Shown: piece by piece, positions 1-7,700 of the stretch
How the letters are laid out: every line of letters begins with the position of its first letter
How positions within the stretch are numbered: position 1 is the first letter of the stretch
DNA from: a virus
Lineage: Duplodnaviria > Heunggongvirae > Uroviricota > Caudoviricetes
Strand: one strand, 5' to 3'
Length of the DNA stretch: 16,465 bases
IMG/VR virus record: IMGVR_UViG_3300014720_000027
Location: 1-16,465 of that record
Program-made: the position numbers and the translations under genes
The notes under the pieces: generated by a model
Database searches by the model: none
The model's input: the letters and a program-made list of their open reading frames with translations, nothing else
Told to the model about the DNA's origin: nothing

Positions 1-492
1 ATAGCCCGGTCTAATATGTGGCGTACTATTTGGGTTTCAAGCAAAAAGATAGAACTTTTTAACCGAGCCGCAGTTGATTTAACCAGAGACCAACTCACCC
101 TTTGTTCTTATTCACATATGTATGATTCTGTGCATGAAAGCCCAGAAAGCCCTAGCGAAAAGGTTATAGAGGACGATGACTGTTTAGATGGCTGGTTTAT
201 ATTCCAAAGACGTAAACATGAAAAGGATAAGAAGATGCAGGAAACCGAAGAACTTATTAAAAATCCCAAGATTAAAAACTCTAAAGAGGTTTTTGTTATG
301 GCTAAAAATAAACAAGAGGCAGAATCTATTAATGATCTTAATAATGAATTTTCAAAAGCTCTTGTTCAGCAAAGAAAACAAATCATACAAGAAAAAGGGT
401 CTGCTAAAGATACTGATTTTGTTGACGTTCAAACAGAATTACAAATGGAGAGGCAACAGGCTTTTATGAATAAAATGAAAGGTAGGAAATAA
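1..492 (+). CDS. Phage hypothetical protein, 5'-truncated (possibly tail-assembly related)
   Basis: The frame is open from position 1 (ATA GCC CGG TCT AAT ATG TGG = IARSNMW...), and the ATG at 16 has no clear Shine-Dalgarno, so the gene probably starts upstream of the window. Motif YDSVHESPESPSEKVIEDDDCLDGW is followed by charged helical sequence. The TAA (490-492) overlaps the next ATG. Function is not identifiable. Confidence 0.75.
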   Translation: MARSNMWRTIWVSSKKIELFNRAAVDLTRDQLTLCSYSHMYDSVHESPESPSEKVIEDDDCLDGWFIFQRRKHEKDKKMQETEELIKNPKIKNSKEVFVMAKNKQEAESINDLNNEFSKALVQQRKQIIQEKGSAKDTDFVDVQTELQMERQQAFMNKMKGRK

Positions 493-836
493 TGGAAGAT
501 GATTTTAATGAAATGTTAAAACTTTCTTTAGAAAGAAAAAGGTTTAAAGAAGAGGGGCTTAAAGAAGTCTCAAAAAATAAACTTTATCAAGCTGCTAAGA
601 AAAAGATTTTAACTACGATGATTGGGGCCTTAGACTCGATAGAAAAGAGTTTTGGGTTTTTATGGAGCAGAGAAGAAACGACAGAACAAAAACAAATGCG
701 AATCATTTATGATCAAATTCGCTCTGAGATTTTAGATAAAGGTAATACCCAGATTCGTAATTTGGAAGCCGAGTTTAGTAATTATGATATAGTATTTAAA
801 AAATACACTACAAAGATTCCGTTTAAGAAAGGATAA
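492..836 (+). CDS. Phage hypothetical protein (114 aa, predominantly helical)
   Basis: ORF coupled to the upstream gene by TAATG, with purine-rich AAGGTAGGA upstream. It fills the space between neighbours. No family recognised. Confidence 0.8.
   Translation: MEDDFNEMLKLSLERKRFKEEGLKEVSKNKLYQAAKKKILTTMIGALDSIEKSFGFLWSREETTEQKQMRIIYDQIRSEILDKGNTQIRNLEAEFSNYDIVFKKYTTKIPFKKG
828..833 (+). promoter_or_regulatory. Shine-Dalgarno site for the gene starting at 842
   Basis: AAAGGA at 828-833, 8 nt before ATG 842. Confidence 0.6.
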
Positions 837-841
837 AAAAG

Positions 842-1711
842 ATGGCAAAAGTAGAAACAGTAAAAGGTAAAGATTTGGCCGGGAATGAAGTCGTTATGGT
901 TGTAAAATCACCATCTCCAAAAAATTTGAGAGATGCTCAGATTGTTTATAACAAGGCTCTTAGGACAGCTCTTGAAAGCGGGGCTATTTTGAGACGCAAA
1001 TTAAATGACTTTTTGACCGAGCAAAAGGTTTGGGATTCTGATAAAGAAAACAGTTATCAAAAAATTCTAAAAGAAATTTCGGCCCATGAAGATATGATTA
1101 AGACCGGGGGTATTGCTCTAAAAAGGGGTAAGGAAATTGCTCTAGAGCTAAGAGACCTGAGACTTAAACTCCGGGAACTTCTATCTGAGAGACAGGTTTA
1201 TGACGCAACTACCGCAGAAGGACAAGCCGACAATACACAGTTTAATTTTCTTGTATCGGTATGCACTTTTAAAGAAAATGGAAGCGATTTATTGTGGTCT
1301 AGCTTGGAAGAATATGATAACTCTCGCGAGCCATATGCGGCAGATGCGGCTTCGGCGTTGGCAAAGATGATTTATGATCTTGATCCGGATTATGATAATA
1401 ATTTGACAGAAAACAAATTCTTGAAGAAATTTAAGTTTGTGCGCGATGATCTTCGTTTAGTTAACAAAGAAGGCCACTTGATTGATGAAGAAGGGCGTTT
1501 AATCAATGAAAATGGACGCTTCGTAGCATACAGGGCTGACGGAACTCAGTATTTCGTTAATAGAGACGGGGAAGAAGTCGACGCTGATGGCGAAAAGAAA
1601 ATAGAAGCATTGCCGTTTTTAGACGATGACGGAAACCCCATTTTAGATGAACCCGTTGTTGAAAAAGAGGTTGTTGAAGAAAAAACAGAGATCGTTGAAG
1701 AAAATGTGTAA
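842..1711 (+). CDS. Probable tail assembly chaperone (gpG/TAC-like position); 289 aa with C-terminal DxxG repeats and acidic tail
   Basis: Clear ORF with a Shine-Dalgarno site, immediately upstream of the TMP, which is the conserved position of tail assembly chaperones in long-tailed phages. N-terminal beta strands are followed by long helices and an acidic C-terminus. The CDS is secure; the product is a positional inference. Confidence 0.6.
   Translation: MAKVETVKGKDLAGNEVVMVVKSPSPKNLRDAQIVYNKALRTALESGAILRRKLNDFLTEQKVWDSDKENSYQKILKEISAHEDMIKTGGIALKRGKEIALELRDLRLKLRELLSERQVYDATTAEGQADNTQFNFLVSVCTFKENGSDLLWSSLEEYDNSREPYAADAASALAKMIYDLDPDYDNNLTENKFLKKFKFVRDDLRLVNKEGHLIDEEGRLINENGRFVAYRADGTQYFVNRDGEEVDADGEKKIEALPFLDDDGNPILDEPVVEKEVVEEKTEIVEENV
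1457..1642 (+). repeat. Protein-level ~7-aa repeats, (L/V/F)(V/I/L)(N/D)xxG
   Basis: LVNKEGH, LIDEEGR, LINENGR, AYRADGT, FVNRDGE, EVDADGE, FLDDDGN: seven units read from the 842-1711 translation. Confidence 0.75.
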
Positions 1712-1737
1712 TACATAGCGGGGATAGTGTGTTTTTT

Positions 1738-1779
1738 AGGGCAGTCCATATATAGCTGTATATGTGGCTGCCTTTTTTT
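1738..1779 (+). terminator. Intrinsic terminator-like hairpin between chaperone and TMP
   Basis: The arms GGCAGTC-CATATATA (1740-1754) pair with TGTATATG-T-GGCTGCC (1757-1772), with G-U wobbles and one bulge, followed by T7 (1773-1779). This lies in the only sizeable intergenic gap (1712-1793). Confidence 0.7.
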
Positions 1780-1781
1780 AT

Positions 1782-1785
1782 AGGA
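1782..1785 (+). promoter_or_regulatory. Shine-Dalgarno site of the TMP gene
   Basis: AGGA 8 nt upstream of ATG 1794, supporting 1794 rather than GTG 1764 as the start. Confidence 0.65.
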
Positions 1786-1793
1786 ATACAAGA

Positions 1794-4700
1794 ATGGCTA
1801 AATTCGTTTTAACGGCTCAGATAGCTTTACAAGCTCCTAATAATGTAGGACGAGTAGTTAACCAAATTAAAAGACAGTTGCAGGGGATTAATGTTAATAT
1901 TAATGTTAATGCCAATACTCGGACTTTAAATAATGTAAATAATCAGCTTAATACTACAACCAAAGCAGCTAAAACGGCTCAACATTCTATTTCCGAGCTA
2001 GGTAAAAGTCTTGGCTTGGCTGCTAGACGATTTGGCGCTATTGCTATTGCTACCGGAACATTTTTAAGTTTAAGCCGGGCCATTAAAAGCTCTTTAGGCG
2101 ATGCTATTGAGTTTGAGCGTCAATTGGTGAACCTGTCTCAGGTTACAGGTAAGTCTGTTCAAAACCTACAAGATATTACAAAAGAAATTACACGACTATC
2201 TACGGGCCTCGGCGTTTCATCCGACCAACTATTAAAGACAAGCGTTATTTTAGCTCAAGCGGGCTTGGAAGCTAGTAAAACTAAGGCGGCCCTTGAGGTA
2301 TTGGCCAAAACAGAACTAGCCTCATCTTTCGATAATATTACCAATACTACCGAAGGTGCTATTGCTATTCTTAGCCAGTTTAGAAGAGAAGCTGCGGCGG
2401 CTGGCGGTGATATTATTTATCTTGAAAGAGCTTTGGGTGCTATTAACGATGTTAGTAAAAAGTTTGCGGTAGAATCTTCCGACTTGGTTGCTGTTATTCG
2501 TCGTTCCGGTGGTGCATTTGAGGCTGCCGGTGGTTCTCTGAATGAGCTTTTAGCTTTATTTACATCTGTTCGTGCAACTACCCGTGAATCTGCGGAAACG
2601 ATTGCTACGGGTCTTAGAACTATTTTTACACGTATTCAGCGTGTTGATACTATTCGTCAGTTGCAAGAGCTAGGCATTGCACTGCAAGATACCGAAGGTA
2701 AATTCGTTGGGCCTTTTGAAGCTATTAAACGTATTTCCGAAGGCTTGTCTGGTCTTGATCCTAGAGACTTTAGATTTTCTGCTATTGTTGAAGAATTGGG
2801 CGGTTTCCGTCAGATTGGTAAAGTGATTCCGCTTATTAAGCAATTTGCCTTGGCTCAAGACGCCTTAAATACAGCGCAGGGCGCATCATCAAGTCTAACA
2901 AAAGATGCTGAAATCGCTCAGCTTTCTTTAGCTAATCAACTGGCGAAGGTAAGGGAAGAATTTCAGGCTTTGATTCGTCGCTTTGTAGATAGTAGCAGTT
3001 TTCAAACAGTGGCCCGTGGAGCTTTAGAATTTGCTAGAGCCTTGATTAGAATTGCTGACGCTATATCGCCCTTGATTCCTTTGATTGCTAGCTTAGCCGC
3101 TATTCAAATTGGCAAAGGTTTTATTCCAGCTTTAGGAGCATTGACAGGAGTAGCTAGACGTAATCAAGGCGGAAAAATTCATGCGTTTGCTAGCGGCGGT
3201 TTCGTGCCCGGCAGCGGAAATCGTGATACTGTTCCAGCGATGTTAACACCGGGCGAATTTGTTATTAGAAAAAGCAGTGTTAATAAAATTGGCACTGAAA
3301 ATCTGCAAAAATTAAACAGAGGTGGGACTGTTCAAAAAAATATTTGGGATGCTGATAAAGGTAATGTTGCCGCTGTTACGTTAGAAGATAAAAAATTAAA
3401 TCCTTTAACTACAAGTGTTTCGTACAAAGATTCTATTGAAAGCTTGGCTGATAGTAGAGGTATAAAACTTAAAAATAAATATCAGATAGATAAATTTTCA
3501 ATTTCTAAAAATTTGAAAGATATTACTGGAGAAAAATTAACAGAAAATATTTTAGATGGGGCGCAGGCAGCGATGGAGCAAACAGCCTCTCTAATACGTT
3601 CTGCTGGCTTAGATATTCCAACCCCTCTTTTAGATGAATCTGCCAAAGGAAAATTTGCTAAATCTATTGGTATTGGAACGGTTGGAGCTATTTTTGAATC
3701 TATTGTAGCTTCAATTAGAGATCCTAAATTTACAGATATGGATGATCAACAAAGACCATTCGATTTTATTGGAGGGCTGGGGAAGGCCGCAAGTCTTTTT
3801 GATAATACTCTAACGGATGTAAATACATATAGATATGTAGATGCTAAAGCTACTTCTAACGCTGCCTCTGGTAAGTCCTTTAAGAAAAAAATTCAAGGGC
3901 AAGTTGAAAGAGAATTACTCGGAACTGTTGGAAAGTCTGGTCAGGGCAAAGAAAATCCTCTTTCTAAAATTAGAGGGGTTTTTAGTAAAAAACAGCTAGA
4001 ACAAAAACTGCGGGACGAACGCCTTATAAATAAAGAAACAAAAGGCTCTAAACTAGACGAATGGTTAAATAAAAATAATATAGATAAATATGCAACAGTA
4101 GAAAATCTTGGTCCGGGCAAAGGTTTTCGATATTCTTTTAATTCTCCTAAAAAACAAATGTCGTTAGATTTAGAAGAAAAGTTTTTTGGTGGAAGAATTC
4201 AAAAATTTGCTAAAGGGGGTGCGGCTAGCGATACTGTTCCAGCCCTATTAACACCGGGCGAATTTGTTGTTAATAAAAAAACCGCCCAAGAGGTTGGCTA
4301 TGGCACTTTAAATAGAATGAATAAGACGGGCGATGTTCAGGGCTTCGCTAAGGGCGGAGTGGTTGGCTATCAAAGATTTGCAAGTGGTGGTGGGCCAGTT
4401 CAGCCGAGCCCTTTAAATGTTTCATCTCAAGGCCCTCCAACGGCAAACACGACCGCTCTTGCGCAAACATTTGATCAGTTGGTCCAGCAGGGCGGAGGTA
4501 TGGTTACATCTTTCAATTTATTAAAATCCGCTGTTGAAGAAATGCAAGCTGCTGGAGTTAAATTTACAACAGCAGAAAAAGCTGCAATAAAACAAATGAC
4601 AGATGATGCTAGGAAAAAAGCTACTGCGGAAAAAACACAAATCGATAGCTATAAAAAGCTTCAACAATCACAACAAGATGCTAAAGATAGATTAGCCAAT

Positions 4701-7700
4701 TTTAAATCTGGCATAGAAAAAACTTTGGGCTCTATGCAGCAATTTGTATTTTTAGGTTCTACAGTGGCCGCATTAGCTACGCAGTTTTCTAGTTTAGACG
4801 AGGCTACAAATAGCGCTATTGCTGAAACACTTGGTATGGGCGCTAGTATTGTCGGTGTAATTGGAACAGTTGGAGATTTGATATTAAGTACGGGCTTAGC
4901 TGACACTGCCTTAAAATATTTTACTGCTTCTGTTACAAGAGCGGGTACTGCTGCGGCAGCTTCTAGCGCTGCTGGAGCCGCTGGAAAAGCTGGTGGTGGT
5001 GCTGCTGCTAGCGCCGGTTTGCTCGGTAGACTTATTCCGTTAATTGCCAATCCTTTTGGGGCTGTAATAGCAATTGTTGTAGCGGCTTTAGCTGGTTTTG
5101 CAGCATATATTTATTTCATACAAGCTAGAGCTAGAAAAGTGGCTGAAAATCTTAGAAAATCCGCCGACACAATAGCTGATAGCATAGAAAAGGGTAAGGG
5201 TGGATCAACTCAAGAATTTGTCGATTTACAAGTTAAGGCCGCTCAGACTGTTACAGACTCGTATTTAACTTTTGGCGGTCTCTTGGATAATATGGGACTT
5301 ACTTCTGCTAAGGCTAGACAGGAAGAAATTGATGCTGTTAAACGATCTGCCGAAGCTTATATTGGAGCAGTTAAAAGCATTTCTGATGTCAACCAGTCTC
5401 TTGCTAATATTGATCTAGATAAAACTTTAAAACCGGCAGAAGCGGCTTTCAAGAAAATAGCGGCAATTGATACTGGAGTAAGATCACAGACTGGCGTATT
5501 ATCTGGTCCAAGTTCTCAGTTTCAAGAAATTGCTAAACTGGCCGATAGAGAGGGAATTCGTAAACCTGTTTCACAAATTACCGAAGCTGATTTCAGTAGT
5601 GACACAGCCAAGGCTCAATTTAAATTAGCTAATGATGCTATTACAAAAGTTACAGAAGATTTTGAAAAAAGAATACCAGAATCTATTTCTTTGCTTCAAA
5701 CACAATTAGAGGATTCATTACAATCTGTAAATTTTGGTCAAGCTGCTACCAAAGATTTAAATTTAGATGGCGTTGTCGATTCTTTTGATACTGTGCTTCA
5801 GCAAAATCAAGACTTTGGCAATAGTGTTAATACTGTAACAAAGTTAATTCAAATTGAAGCTCAGGCTAGAGCAGACGCCGCAAGACAGGCTGGGAAATTC
5901 GTAGAAGCTGGTAATATCGAAGCCGCTGCTCAAGAAAGGGTTAAAGTTGTCCAAGAAGCTATTCAAAAACAGGCAGTGGCTTTCGCTAAGTCTCAGGAAT
6001 CAGCTTTAGCTTTTCAAGCTGCGCTAGAAGCTAGTACGGCTCAGTTTAAAGGCTTGTCTGCAACTACTCAATTTATATCTAAGCTAGGCGATCAGGCTAA
6101 GCAATTTGGAAATAGAATATCTACTCTTGGCGATATAATGTCTGGAGAAATGCCGACATTTGAAGTTGATCAAATACAAGGCTTGGGAAATTTGTCTGAA
6201 ATTCAAGATTTGGATAAATTTACACAAGAGGTTGGTAAGCTTGGGGCATCAATGGGTCCCAAAGGTAAAGAGTTAGCAGGAAATCTTATTCAAAGCGCCG
6301 ATTTAATGCAAAATGCTAAAAGAGAATTGACCGGCATTAATTTTGCTGAAATCGGTGGTGGTGAAGAAAGCGCTGCTAAAACTGCGTTTAAAAAGGCTTT
6401 TGGTGATCAATTAGAGACCATATTCGGTCCACAGGTTGGCGGTAAACTTAGAACCGTTATGGAAAAGCGATTAGAAGACGCTATTAGAACCGCTAGCGAA
6501 GGCGGTGGCATGGTCGATCCAGTCGAACTTGAAAACATTTTAGATCCTCTAAAACAAATGACAGAGGAAACTAGAAAAATGTTTGAAGCATATAACAATG
6601 CTCAAATAGAATTTGTTAATCAATATAATAATACAAGTAAGATGTTGCTTGAGGTTATGGAGCGAGATATTGATGGTAGACAAAAAATTGTTGATATACA
6701 AAATCGTGGCCTAGAAAGAATGGATCAGGCTACAGGTAGAACGCTGGGCTTTCAGGAAAAAGAAGCTAGAAGAAATGCCTCAAGGGGATCTAGATTAGGC
6801 TCTTTAGGTCTTGGTGCTTTAACTGGCGATATTCGTGGCATGGGAAATGCTTTAAGAAATACCAACCAAAGCTTGGAAGTAAATTCTCAGAAAATAAAAC
6901 AAGACCCCGGGAACGAAGTTCTTGGCAGATCTCAAAGATTGCTAACTCTTCAAGCTAATGAGCTAAAGAAAGCTCTGGAAGATTTAACCGATCAAAGCGA
7001 TAAAGCTAGTGATATAATGGGGGAAATCGATAAAGAAAGAGGAAAAAGAGAAACCTTGACCAAAATTGTTGAAGATTTTGTTGTTGGCAGCAACGAAGAG
7101 AGAATGAGTACTGTAAGACAGTTTCAAGGAATTGAATTTGCGGCAGCTACGGGTAGCCTACAAGGATTACAGCCGGAAGACAGAAAGGCTACTTTTGGAT
7201 TATTGAGTCAATTAGCCGACGTTGACGATGGTTTTAAGCAATTAAAAGAAAATTTGGTTACGAGAGATGCTATAGCTATGGGCCTTCCTCCAGAATTGGC
7301 AAGAGCCTTAGCTACAAAAACCCCAAAAGAAGAACAATTGTTGGTAGAATTAAGTAATTTGACCGCGCAAGAAATAGCCGCTCAACAAGAATTAAATCGT
7401 ATTAATGCAGAGTTTGGAGTAAAGCTTTCTACAGAAATAAATAATTTATCTCAAAAAATAAAAGATTTAGGATCGGTGATTGAGTCTAAGCTAAATACAG
7501 AAGTGGCTAAAGCTGAGAAAGAACAAGACGCTGACAAAGCTTTGGTAGCGGCTGAAAAAGCCAAGCAGGAAGCATTAGCTGAGCCTCGACAAAAGTTATC
7601 TCAAGCTAAAACAAATAGAGAAAACAAAGAAAAAGAAATACGGCAAAAAGAAATAGAGTTAAAGGGAGCAAGAGAAGCGGCTGCTGCTGGAATTCAACAA

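Noticed and set aside
16-18. ATG 16 as the true start of the first gene
   Set aside because: The frame is open to the window edge and there is no Shine-Dalgarno site, so the gene probably starts upstream.
188-469. Nested + strand 93-aa ORF
   Set aside because: Out-of-frame shadow within the first CDS, with no RBS and no recognisable features.
821-841. -1 frameshift fusing ORF 492-836 to ORF 842-1711
   Set aside because: The -1 frame is closed by TAA at 824-826, and the remaining AAA GGA codons do not form an X XXY YYZ slippery site.
1546-1791. Minus-strand 81-aa ORF spanning the hairpin
   Set aside because: Its Ser/Phe/Thr-rich sequence is the antisense shadow of the acidic GAA/GTT-rich tail of the chaperone gene. 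There is no independent support.
1764-1793. ORF-track TMP start at GTG 1764 (MAAFFYRNTR extension)
   Set aside because: It lies inside the hairpin/T-tract and has no Shine-Dalgarno site. ATG 1794 has AGGA at 8-nt spacing.
3327-4181. TMP insert as an intein or homing endonuclease
   Set aside because: There is no N-terminal Cys/Ser block A and no C-terminal His-Asn followed by Cys/Ser/Thr, and no LAGLIDADG, HNH or GIY-YIG motif. The boundaries are GG motifs instead.
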